A model generated the notes under the pieces. It was not told where the DNA came from. It saw only the letters and a list, made by a program, of their open reading frames with translations, and did not search any database. DNA of 64,000 nucleotides from Neodothiora populina (taxonomy: Eukaryota). The translations under genes were made by a program, and so were the position numbers. Every line of letters starts with the position of its first letter. The first letter of the stretch is position 1. Positions 1 through 12,300 of this stretch are shown piece after piece. The stretch lies in NCBI RefSeq assembly GCF_041146345.1, contig NW_027191415.1:868001-932000 (forward strand), in the 5' to 3' direction.

Positions 1-306
1 TAAGGTAAGGAAGGTACAGTATGTCAGGGTACAATCCCCAATCCCCGTTCCTGACCTGACCATTGTCATCCTAGATTGTCTAGATTGTCTCAATGTACAA
101 ATATAATACACGCTTGAGGTAACCATCTCTGCATCTGGTCTGACGACTCTCTTGCCTGTGCATCGACAACCGCCCACAATTCACATACTCTGCCCAGTTC
201 ACCCACTGTTCCTGCAGCGCCCCGTCAGTCCGTCGCTCGGCTTGGGTTGCGATTAGCGGAGCGTGTGCCTCCAGATTGACATTGACCAAGACGACACCCC
301 GGCAAT

Positions 307-2843
307 ATGTTGTAAGCGACATCTTCTCCCAGACACTGCATACATACTTGTAGCGCATTCGCTGACCAGGCCATCAACAGCGTTCTACCACCGCCGCCGA
401 GATACCCCAATGGCAACCTGTACTCGGGCTACCCGGGCGGCGCCATCATCGAGACGAACAACACCCTGGGCCACCATGAAGGACCCGAATACCAACTTGT
501 CGTCGGAGAAGGTATTTTCTCCACTCCCTTCGGCTTTCCGACCTTGTCTCTTCCACGAGCCTCACACACTGACTTGCGAGAGGCACCTATATTCTGCGCG
601 ATGAGCTGCACCTAGCCACCCCTCCTCCCCATCCTTCAGACAACACAATACCGAACACCAACCCCCTCGACACCACCATTGGCCCGCCGACTGCTGGCAC
701 AAAGCTGTCCTTGACATCCTTTGCTCCGCGGAAGCCATCCACTTACCCTCTCACCCCGAGTCTCACCGGAAACAGCACTCGCTCTCCCGTACCGCCCAGT
801 ATACAAGAGGAGGGTCTGCACAGCGAGAATGGCTCGCTACCCAGGCACAACGGCGCCATCAATTCCCAGTCATCCTTCACTCCCGCCTTTGGTGAAGGCA
901 ATCCCGCTTTGTTGCCCAGTGCGAAAGACGCCAAGGACCCTACCAAGAAACGCAAGCCGAAGAACAATATTGTCAAGAGCAATTCATCTTTCGTGTCCAG
1001 AGTGATCCCCCACGAAGCTGTCCAGCGGCGCCTCACCGAACACAGCCCCGAGGGCACATTTGCATTCGCCAACATCAACAGAGCCTTACAGTGGCTGGAT
1101 CTATCCTCGGAGACCAAGGTAGGATCCGCCTCCATCTACACACACTGGCGCAATTTTCATTATCCTAACGCTTTTGCACGATAGACGGAGAATTTGACCA
1201 AGATCCTCTTCACCAAAGCACACGCCTTGTGTCACGACGTCAACCAGACAACCCGAAGTAGCACGCATATCGATGTCATCTTAGGCTTCTCTTCCTCTGA
1301 TATCATCTGGTACGAGCCGATATCACAGAAGTATGCTCGACTGAACAAAAACGTATGCTCATGGTTATCACCTACGATGGATCCGCCAGTATTGACTGCT
1401 TTCTGAACAGGGCGTGATAAATCCTTCTGCTGTGTCATCTATCTCGTGGTTACCTAATAATGAAAACATGTTCGTGGCTGCCCATGTCGACGGCACGCTG
1501 GTCGTGTACGACAAGGAAAAGGAGGATGCGCCATTCGTAGCAGAAGAGAGCGCCGCCGATGATTCTTCTTCGAACAGACATGACCCCGCCATCTTCTCCG
1601 TCTTGAAGTCGGTTCAATCACGAAACCAGAAGACCAACCCTGTCGCGGTGTGGAGGATCAGCAATCTAAAAGTCAACTGCATCTCCTTCTCACCTGATGG
1701 TCGGCATCTCGCCATTGTTTCAGAGGACGGATCCTTGCAAATCATGGATTACCTTCGGGAACAAGTCCTCGATGCATTCACCTCTTACTACGGAGGTCTC
1801 ACCACCGTCACATGGTCTCCAGACGGCAGATACATATTGACAGGCGGACAAGACGACCTTGTGAGCATATGGTCATTCGCAGATGCAGCTCTGGTCGCGC
1901 GGTGTCAGGGACACAACAGCTGGGTCACAGACGTCAAGTTTGATGCCTGGAGATGCGATGATCGCAACTATCGCTTTGGAAGTGTTGGGGAGGACTGCAG
2001 GCTTCTGCTGTGGGATTTTTCCGTCGGTATGCTTGGCCGGCCCAAGGCGGTAGGTGACCTCCAGACCCTTGGTTGTGATGATTCGCATGTGACGCACGCA
2101 TCTCCCCACCCTCTTATGCAAGTTCATGTCAACATGCAAACAGCCTAGCAGCACGATAGGCAGCAAGATCAGCCTCATTCGCAAATCTCATCACATGCTT
2201 GAATCTCCTTTCTTGCCAGCTCATTTACTGTTGCAGCCAAGAAATGTAACTGACGCATGATGTTTAGATGGCCGCCAGGCAAAGAGGAAGCATAGTTTCG
2301 TATGTGCCGGGAACGCGGAAGGAAAGCTACTCGGCCATTGGCCGTCTGCGGTCAAATTCCGCCCTCTCAGAAGAGGCCGCCATGGTCGACGAGTCCAGCG
2401 TCGTGCATGGTGTGGATTCGAAAGCCAGCACTGCTTTCCTCCCCCCGGTCATGGTGAGTGAGCGTCGTGTGGTTGTGTATGTCTTGGCCTAATATCATAT
2501 ACAGTCGAAGAGCATTGATGAGCATCCGCTGAGCTGGCTTGAGTTTCAAGAAGACTGTATCATAACTGCATGCAAAGAAGGTAAGCAGACCCACTTTCTT
2601 TTTGTTTTCCTCTTGTTGGGACCTCACCTCGGAATCTCCACTTCGCATTGGCTTGCGTGTTTTCCCTCGTCGAGAGAGGCTCTTCGGGAGCAGGGTTCGG
2701 CCCGCCTTCGGTCTTTCCCTGCACCCGCCCGATCTATGTCTCGAGTCAAGCGCATTCCCGGGAAACATTACTGACAGGGGACCTGCCTCACAACAGGACA
2801 TATCCAGACGTGGGATAGACCACAGGATGGCACCGACTTTTGA
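307..2843 (+). CDS. creC: Catabolite repression WD40 protein CreC (partner of the CreB deubiquitinase); 8 exons: 307-311, 381-511, 583-1118, 1185-1352, 1411-2049, 2268-2453, 2505-2580, 2797-2843
   Basis: Splicing joins the ORF fragments into [11 protein letters not shown]...IIETNNTL...[26 protein letters not shown]...[21 protein letters not shown]...[12 protein letters not shown], followed by WD40 repeats ([42 protein letters not shown]) and ending GHIQTWDRP. All introns are GT..AG with branch-like sites. Confidence 0.93.
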
Positions 2844-4035
2844 ACAGCCCCAGGCCGAGACTGGGGCCATTGCCAGTATTTATTTGTCGTCGAAAAAGAA
2901 GTACAGTGTGTGCAGTGAGAATAATCCGCGGATTTTCCAGATTTTGCCCCGCAGGTTCACAGAAGCCGCGCCATCATGGTCATTTATGTGCATAAAAGGA
3001 ACAATTTAGGTGATACCTCTGATCTTGGACCATCTGTCTCTTCTATACAGTATATTCGTACCTGCAGGCAGCATGGCACGGTGATTACTACAGTACGTGC
3101 CTGAGGAGCTTTGACCGGGACAGCACACGCCACGGACCAATGTCCCCTAATCTTTCACTCTCGAGTACCTATTCACGGTATCCTTGTACACGTAGGATTG
3201 CCTCGTTGAGCTAGATTAAGCCGATATCACAATATGTCTCTATTTTGAAGCTCTTGCAAGAGTGCGTCCGCATGTGCATCCTGTCTTCAAAAGTGTGTTT
3301 CAACACTATACCATAGTCTCACCTTGCTGCACCGGCACGGCGCGCACTCCATAGAAGCCACAGGATCATGTGGCGGTGGCAGGAAAAAAGGCGTGATGTG
3401 AGCTCACCAGCGCACATGCGTGCAGATGCCGTTGTGGTGAGAGGGGACGTGCGCAGATGCAAGCCCGGTGCCTTGCGGACGCGTGCTCTTATCAGGCGGC
3501 AATTCGGCGTTGGCACTTCGATGTCAGGAAAGACTTGGTTAATGGTCGCGATCGGTCTTTCTCTCTTTCCTGTCTGTTCCGAAGAGGCAAGAAAAGGCCC
3601 TATTGTTACGGGGGGCAGTAGCCATACATCGAGGGGCTGAGCGATTGTGTTGACCAAGGGGCTGTGATATCCCAATCGTGCCGTGGGCTTATTTTACAGT
3701 AGGGTATCCGATATCTTACACTACGTGACTATATCTCGACTTGCACGTACGGTATCCGGTAGAACGCCCCGCTGAGCCAGCACGGTTCAATTTCCGCGAC
3801 TTACTCACGTCACTCTACGCCAATCCAAAGTAGCTTCGTTCTTTGCTTTCTGCTCTGCTGGTGGTTCATCATTTCAGGCCGCTGAGCTTCTCGAGTCGAG
3901 AGCGAAACTCTGTTTGTCCTGCATCTGTCATCTCTACACATACATTACCACTTTCTTGCTATACACATTGTTGCCCCTCCGCTCTCGAAATAATTGAAAC
4001 CCCCGCGGGCTTTTGCAAGTGCATGAGCCGACGTC

Positions 4036-6224
4036 ATGGTTCACACCCCTCGTCAGAAGCCTACGCTGGAGATAGTGTATGCGATCATCGCTACTACTCG
4101 CCGCTTTCCCATTGCGGTGAAGATGAGGACATGTTGGCTAATGGATTTTCTCACGGACATAGGCCGAACACGCGCTTCATCGTCTTCCATGGTGACCAAC
4201 ATGAAGCATCGCCTGTCAAGCTCCATGGCGTCCTGCGCTTCACCACTCCGGATCCCATGAGCATCAAGAACGTCAAGATATGGCTGGAAGGCAAGCGAAG
4301 GATATCGTATGCATAACGCCCCCCACTAGAGACGCAGTGAATTGGCAATAACAGTCTGTTCCTCTTGCAGATGGTTCTACATGGGCGGCATGGCGGCCGG
4401 AGAGGTCTCGGACAAGAAGACCTTCTGGCACGAAGAACGCAACCTTGGAACGTCAGGAACCCACAAGATCAATTCGGGTACCATAGAGTGGCCCTTTGAA
4501 TTTCAACTCGACCCTAGCATGCCGGAGTCAATAGAGGGAATGAACAGCACCTATATTGTCTATGACTTGCATGCGAGCATCTCACGGCCCGGCTGGAACG
4601 CAAAAGATATTGTTGCCCATTCTCACATCAGAATCGTCAGGACCTTGGGACCGGAGCAGATGGAGACGACGCGATCAAGGGTATGTCCACCAACTCTGGA
4701 AGCAGCCTCGAACCGACGAACCCACGAATATGCTTGCTATGTGCGCCTCTGAAACTAACACTTGCCGTCCAGACGAATTCAGATATCTGGGCGAACAAAC
4801 TTAGTTATAGCATATCAATCCCCACCGATGCCGTCGTCTTCGGCACATCCATCGTCGCAGATGTTGAGCTTTCACCCATCAGGAAGGGTATCCGTCTAGG
4901 AAAAATCGAAATGCGCCTAATCGAGGCTGTCACGAAACGCATTCAGCAATCCGAGGTCCCCGATCTTCGCGGCGACAGGTGCAAGGTCGATGAGAGCGAT
5001 GTCGCAAAGGCCGAGATGGACTTTCCGGAAGACTCACGAGTCACTTTCGACAACGAGACCCCCGATAACCCAACCATGGAAGACGAGAAATATGTCTTCA
5101 AGGCCAAGCTCGAATTGCCCAAATCACTCCGACAGTGTAGACAGGATGTCGACAGCCACAACATTAATATCACACATCGCTTCAAGCTCATGGTTAATAT
5201 TCACAACCCCGAGGGTCATGTGTCCCAGGTTCGAAAACTTCTTTCCATATTTGTGTGTATTTAATGCGCTAACATTGCAACACAGCTGGTGTGTCGCTTA
5301 CCGGTGAAGCTGTTCATCTCTCCAAATCTCCCTGTGGATGACTCAAATATGGTCCAGGTTGGGCTGAGCACTCTGAGTGATTTCGAGCTCAATCAGCAGG
5401 AGGCTGCTGTGAATGCCCCTCCAGAGTACGGTCGGCACCAGCTTGACGCACTTTACAACGACATCAGTCTGAATGGCTACATGACTCGACCACCAAGTGG
5501 CTCAAGTACACCTTTCTATGCAGCAAGTCGCAACGCATCATCCGAAAACTTGCAGTCTCTAAACGGCGTTGCCGCCATGGACACTATGCCGGAAGAGGAG
5601 GGACATTTTGCTCCAAACCTGTTGCGCTCTCGGTTGGCGAATCTTGCCGATCAGGGCTCAAGTCGTCAACAACGAGTCCTACGGATCCACCATTCTCCAT
5701 CTGGTGGCAACACCCCTCACAATGGCCTTGACATGGAGCACTCATACCGCTCTGGCTATGCGTCCGCGCCAACTTCTGGATCGTACGCACCGACTTCCGG
5801 ATCGTACTTCAGCAGCCATTTTGGCACGTCAAATCGTTCGTCTCCTCCCCATCAGTCACCAAGCCATAGTGTGCCAGAATCTCGCCGCACGTCAGACGAC
5901 ATGGAAGAAGACGGAACCGAAGTCCATCAGAACGACTATGATATGGGTACTCTTTCACGTGTGCCTAGTTACGGTGCTGCTGTGCGGACACCCGGTCTTG
6001 TGACACCGTTCACTGATGGACCCCCAAGTTACTTCGAGGCTACCAGCAGACCACCGAGTCCAGGACTTACAAGACCCAGTGCAGTGCATGTGCGCAGTGG
6101 CACCAGCACCCCGAATAGCAATTCATCAGCCCAGACATTGAGAGAAGCCAACGGGCTCAGCCTCCTCTCTCAAGCTCATCACGATGATGCACGATTACGT
6201 ATGCTCAGAGCAAGGGTCGATTAA
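4036..6224 (+). CDS. creD: Arrestin-related trafficking adaptor with PY motifs (CreD/Rod1 family, HECT-ligase adaptor); exons 4036-4076, 4163-4306, 4371-4680, 4773-5228, 5286-6224
   Basis: Arrestin N and C domain segments (FIVFHGDQHEASPVKLHGVL; WPFEFQLDPSMPESIEG; HIRIVRTL; DIWANKLSYSISIP; LPKSLRQCRQD; HRFKLMVNIHNPEGHVSQLVCRLPVKLFISP). Disordered tail with PPEY, VPSY and PPSY motifs. Lies next to creC. Confidence 0.88.
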
Positions 6225-8460
6225 ATGAATTTTCTTTCTTGAAGAAGCGAGGGGCAAGTCTTTGGAACCATTCTTTCTCTCTAGGCGTTTGGTAGAACCC
6301 GCTCCGGACATGGCAAAAGGGGCATCGATCGAAGGGGTGTTGTTGGGTATTGATTGCATCTTTAGACTTTCGAAAGAGAAACGCATGACTAGCAAGCGAC
6401 AGCAAGTTCTGAGTTGACAGTCGATAAATAATGTTACGAACTTGAATTAATGAAAGTAAAGAATGAACAGCCAAGTAATCAGGTCTCTACCAGTTCCATC
6501 ACAGCTCAGTCACTTCAGTAGGTAGATCTGCTACAGCTCTACTAGCCGTATCTCCTACTGCACCATCCGTCAAAGATTCTATCAGAAGTCTTTAACGAAT
6601 ACTGAGTATCAAAGGGCCTCTTACCTTGCAAGCAATTCACTCTATCCTTTCGGAACCAATTCACTATCTGGCTAGTAGTCAAGAATCAATGCAATGACAG
6701 CTAGATCTAGCTTCTTCCGGCTAGCGTTGACAGCTCTGCTTGCATCTTTGCATCGATTGTTGCCTGTGTCTAGGAGTCAACATGCTGATCTCGTAGGTTG
6801 CGATGCCAAAGACGATTGTGTCGGGGTAGGGGACTTGTATTCTCTAGGTCTTGCTATTTCGGTCTCCACAGGGGATACTGTGTAGTCTGTACACTAATCG
6901 CAAGTAGTAGAGGTGCAATAGATATCATTGTGCTTTAAGCACAGCCCGAGATCATGGTCTCTTCTCATGAACTCTGGACTCTGTCTCGAAGGTCATCTTT
7001 TCATTTGTTTCGTATCATCGGTCACGTGTTCTTGCTGTGGCAGTTCATCTGGGTTGTGGAATTATGGTCGTGTACTCGCTAGCACTGTGATTCAAGGCTG
7101 GTGTAGAGTCTTGTGGTGGCGAATCACGATGTCGAGATACTATAAAGTCGACTTCGCTGATATTTAGGACTATCCTATATGTTTGTAACCATGCCCAGCC
7201 TTGAGACCATGAAAGATTGTCAGCAGTAATGTGGATGTTCGTTGGCATCCTGTAGCACCAGACACCAAGAGAATAGACAAGTATACATACAGTCCCGTGT
7301 TGAGATCCATACCAATCTTCCATGCCCTTCGGTTCAACGTCGCCAAGACAACCTGCATCTAGCCTGCTTGAGTATTTTTGTTCCTTTATCATTAACTATC
7401 GTAAGGTGAAATAGGCTGAGCCACCAAGCATGGATTCATTAAACTTTTAACAAAAAGCCCCCTTGGTCGGGGTATCTCGTGTGCTGGTGCGGCTGTTGGT
7501 GAGCTGATGGGAGACCTCCGTACTCAGTTATAGATGTATGATAAAGCTGGATGGACTCAAGACTTCTGGACAGCCCTGCAAGAGAGCTAGAAGTCGAACA
7601 ACCCGTGTAGATCGTCGAGGATCTTCCCTGCTTCCTTACTCAGTAAAGGACAGTGCGATCCATTTCTCACCGTATCCCCTACACAACTGCATGTTCAACA
7701 ACATATACAACGACATCTAACGTGACTGGGTTGCGCCGTCTGTATATGGGTATGAGGCTGTAAGTCACTGTACAATCTATCTTCTGCCAGCACAGGGTCG
7801 GAACATCCTGCCCTCTCGAGGGAACGGCAGGTGTTGCGATGTCATATAGCTCGGTGACTTGACCAGCCAAGTAGCACATGAGCAGCACCTACGACACGAC
7901 GTGGCTCAGTAGAGTAAGCACGACAATGGTCTAATTCTTCTTCGAGCTAGGAATTCCACCATTGCTATGATAAAGTCAAGCTATAACGCAGTTCAGAATG
8001 TTTTCACTCATCAGCTATTATATCGACAGGCAGAACGAGCTTCCTACTTCTAGGAAACGTCGGCAGCGTGAAATTGAGACAGGGTCTTGTTTAGGACCTT
8101 AAGTCACTTTGCACACGGTGGTGTACCGAGCCAGGCTCGTCGGTGAAACTCAGATTGTATAGGCGAGATCCTGCTACAGTATTGCGTGTATAAGTGTCTG
8201 GCAGACTGTAGGTAGTTCAACTTTAGCGCAAGACCATGCACATACGCTGTCACATCAATGTGTACAGCAAGTTTGCGAACGACAGCAAAGCCCGCACCAG
8301 AGAGATGTCCTCCTAACTCAGCAACTCGAACGGTTCGCTGCCGGCCTATATACAACCTGCCATGTGCAGCAGCCAGTGACGTCCCACCTCGTCCTTCGAT
8401 CAGTGTGTAAATTCGGCGGAAACAATATAGTTTTGACAACAGAACATAATCACCATCAAA

Positions 8461-8551
8461 TCCGATGTGGTCTAGTGGCTAGGATTTGCCGCTCTCATTG
8501 CATCAAGCAAGAAGATCCGGCAAGGCCGGGGTTCAATTCCCCGCATCGGAA
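8461..8551 (+). tRNA. tRNA-Glu, anticodon CTC, with a 19-nt intron (8498-8516)
   Basis: Acceptor stem TCCGATG/CATCGGA; D arm GTCTAGTGGCTAGGAT; anticodon stem TGCCG/CGGCA with CT-CTC-A; intron at the canonical position one base 3' of the anticodon; T arm CGGGG-TTCAATT-CCCCG; downstream T-run. Confidence 0.93.
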
Positions 8552-9309
8552 TTATTTTGGTTTCTGGTCCTCTACCTACCCTCTCTCTCTCTGTGTCTCT
8601 CGTCGCTGATGGTTTCTCGATCTTGCTCTTTTGCTGTCTTTTTCTGTCATGAGGTGTAGCCCTTCATTGTAGTAGAGAGGTGGTGGCCATTGTTTCACTT
8701 CGATGTTCTATATGTGATAGATCAGGGGAATGCGGAGCTTTGTTTGCTTTGTTTGTTCCGTTCACAGCAGTATATACGCCTTTGCTCAGGCAGCAAGTTC
8801 CTGAAGCGACTTTTTCAACCCCTCTGGTACGACCGAAGCTTACTGAATGGGGCTAGTGCTGTCCAATCTACGACAGTCTAGTCAATCGATGCGATCTGCT
8901 GCTTCAATAATGCTTGATTTACTTATTGACAGGGACAACCTCTAGATAAATTACGCTCATCCACTGTCAAGTCAACAATATTCAAATGAAGTAATGGTGG
9001 TCGTCTATTCTTCTCCTTCTTCCTATCGTTCCAGATTCCCACATCGTAAAAGCTATTGGATACATTGTTGAGCGAGAGAATACTAAAACAAAAACAAAGA
9101 CTACAAGGCTCTTTTCGCTGATTCATGGAACAAAATAAACAGTGCAACAAAAAGACAATGCCAATCACTCATCAAAACGCCATTCAATGCTCGCTCGCCC
9201 GCTGTCGCTCCCTTTGCTTGACATCTATATCACAAACATGATTTTCTTTTCTTTCTTTTCCAAAACAATCCGGATCGCTGCATCATCATCATGATCATCA
9301 ACGCCAACC

Positions 9310-12300
9310 TCATCTATCCGTCTTGCGTTGATAGAAAACAATATACGCCATTTCATTCTGCAGCCTGTCTCTATCGGGCAATCGATCGGGATCAAAGTCT
9401 GCCACCCACGTATCGTTGAATTGCCTCCAGCACTTGCGCGCTCGATCCTTCACGAGACAGGTATAATGTCCGCTCGTCAGCGTCGTGCCAATGTGTCGCA
9501 TCACCGCGTAAGCGTCGTAGAGGAAAGGCGCGGTCATGGACGGATCTTGTTTGGTCTGATCGGCAGAGTATTGCTTGCTCATGGCCATGCGTTCTTGCTT
9601 GTTCGGTTCGGGAATCATGTGCGGCTCGAGGTCGAGGTCTCGCAGGGGAAACTCGATCGGGGTGCGCACTTTCTGAGCGCGCTCGCCCCGTCCCGCAGCG
9701 AATCGTTTGAAATGTACCACGAGATTTTGAGGCGCACGCGTGATGGTGATTTGCTTGGTCGCTTCGCGCTCTTTCTTGCAACGGGGACATCTCCATACTT
9801 CATCTCCAGAGAGCATCTCTTCGGCGCAGTAAGATTTGAGACACTCTTGCAGTGTCGTCCTCCCTGATCGGGAAATCTCGACGGAAATGCTGTAGAAAGC
9901 CTCGTAAGTCGTCGAGGTGAAGTGACATGTAGTGCAGCGGAGGCGTGATGCGTGCTGGCCCGCGAACAGATCGGTAAGATACGAATGCTCACGGTGAGTG
10001 TAACGACTCCACTCGGTCTTGCTCACCATGGACATGGGCATACTCTCCCTGACTTCCTCCTGCTGATCAGTAAGAGCTTTGAGAGGCGTGCGAGACCAGT
10101 TCTCATTGAGATCTTCGTGTAGACAATCAACTAGAAAATCAAGAAACTCTTTGGCATCTTGCTGTCGATCAATCCCCCACTCACTGTTGAGGCGAGCGCA
10201 AAAGGACCTCAGAGTCGTGGGACGGATCGCTTCAACGTCTCCCTTCCAGATGCTCCGCACCAAATTGGCATAGAGCTCCGGAAGCACTCCCTTGCTGCCT
10301 TTCCAGTTATCACGTTGGATCTGCTGCTTGAACCTGTCATCCAAAAAGAACAGACTCAGAGGTGTGGTGGCGGACAGGGCTTGTATTGTGGCATTCATGT
10401 AGCATGTAACGCCGAAGTTGACCAGACCGGTGCGAGGCAGGCGCAAGTTCGACGGCAGGTATCGAGGCGGAACGTAAGCTGGCAGATCCGAAGAGCCGGT
10501 GTTTTGCGCGCTTTGAGAAAGAGACCGGTCGCTAACACCGCTGTAGGACATCCTAGACACTGCCGGCGGCGGTCTGGAGGGCACAGGCGGCACCGTCGGC
10601 GACGGGGTGAAGGACGAACGTGGCGGAGGGGCGGGATATGAGGGGATGCGCGGCCGCGGCACAGCTTGCGACGATGATGTTTCTAGTCTTTGACTCTGCT
10701 CGAGCCTGCCTGCGTCGGGGAATCTGCGATTGAACTCTTCTATGTTGTCGTAAAAGGGCGACGCACTGTCGACTTGTTGCGATTCGTCTTCCTCGTCCAG
10801 TGGTGGTTTTTGGTCAACGACGACACTCTCGACACGGGCCCGTTCCAGCCATTTCTGCTCCTCTTCTGCGTCCAGAGGATTGTACTCGCGTAGTCTTCTC
10901 TTCGGTACATAGAGTTGGGATGAGTGGCTGCCGACGGGCACCCGCCTGAGTGGGGCGGAAGATTTTGGTCCCGTCGCTGTGCTCGATCTCGAAAGAGCCT
11001 GATCACCGACCAGATCCGTCCAAGACTCAATGCCGCCCATGAGCAGGATAGGCGGCCTCTGGAGCGGCTTGTCCTGATTGAACTCATATAGAGCATCGTA
11101 CAGGTAGCGCAGCTTGCATTCCCTCTCGGTACTGGGACGGCTCAAGAACCTATCGGAGGATGTATCCTGATCGTAATATACAACAAGATCGAACTTGTGG
11201 CGCTGTGAAAAAGTAGACTGCTCTTGATCCGGACAGAGGACCAACGAGTCCTGTACGTCGTCTGCAGACATGTCGCGGCGCAGTGAGGTCGGGTCGATGT
11301 TGACTATAGACTGGGCAAAAATGTGACCGTCATCGAATTCGTGACGGCTACGCACATCGATGAGCAATATGCTGTGCATCTTGAGATAGTCGTACAACTT
11401 CTCCGGACCAATGCGAATCTCTTTGGGCAGGTGGACAGACTTGCGCCGCGGCGGACCAGGTGGTGGGCGTTCTGGAGTGGGTCGGGGAAAGTAATCTGCA
11501 GAGTCGTCACCTTCGTTGCCAGGCGCATGTGAAGAGGCGGCAGACATGGCCGAGTTGGATCTACCTCCAGTGCCAACAATGCTGCGAGCAGTGGTACGAG
11601 GGAGATGGAAGTCGCCCGTGAGCTGCATATTCCTCGCGGGGCTGTAGATGGGAGCAGGCGCCTTGGGCATCGAACTGCCCAAATCCGTCTGTACTGTAGG
11701 ACGACCAGAAGCGTTCGGCATGGCACGCGGGCCCGAGGGCCGAAGCGAAGCGGGAAGGTTGGATATGTCCAGCGAGGTACGTGGGCTCTGTGAAGATGCG
11801 TAGGAAGACAGCGGGGAGTCGGGTCTCTTGCCCTGGGGAGGCAGCATCCTCAGACGGGCGAAGCGCTCGTTCAGAGCATCAGCACCGCTGGATGGCAGCG
11901 AGTGTGAGGCCGAAGCGTCAGAGCTGCTTGTGCGGTGTCCCATGGAAGAGGCAGGAGTGGTGTCGGTAGCGTCGGACTGTCTCCTGGTAGGGACTGTAGA
12001 TGCCGCAGGCCTGGTTCCGTTTCTCTTGTTGTCATTGACGATTATGTCCTTGATCTTTGCGTACTGATCTGTCTTCAGACTGACGCGCTTGAGCATGTCA
12101 TTGTATGCCTGGAACTGGTGTCCATGCTTGCGAGCCAGGTCGGGTTGATCGCGATGGCGTGGGATTATGTTGGCGAGGATCTCGAAGCAGCGCAGATAGT
12201 CTCGATAGGCGAGTTCGGGACGGCGAAAGGCGAGGAGAGTGTCGGCATTGTTGAGAGAGGTGCGCGCTTCGCCGATCAAAAAGTTCAGAGAGTGGTCGGC

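Noticed and set aside
2075..2253. C/D box snoRNA in creC intron 5 (GTGATGA ... CTGA)
   Set aside because: The candidate D box coincides with the branch point, the C box is buried in predicted stems, and I cannot identify an rRNA guide.
3745..3800. tRNA-like words (GGTAGAACG, GGTTCAATTTCC) upstream of creD
   Set aside because: No acceptor or anticodon stems could be built.
5766..5807. 21-bp tandem duplication (APTSGSY x2) in creD; a similar NGHSS repeat lies in DOA4 near 12364-12402
   Set aside because: Ordinary slippage in disordered protein regions; not an array or mobile element.
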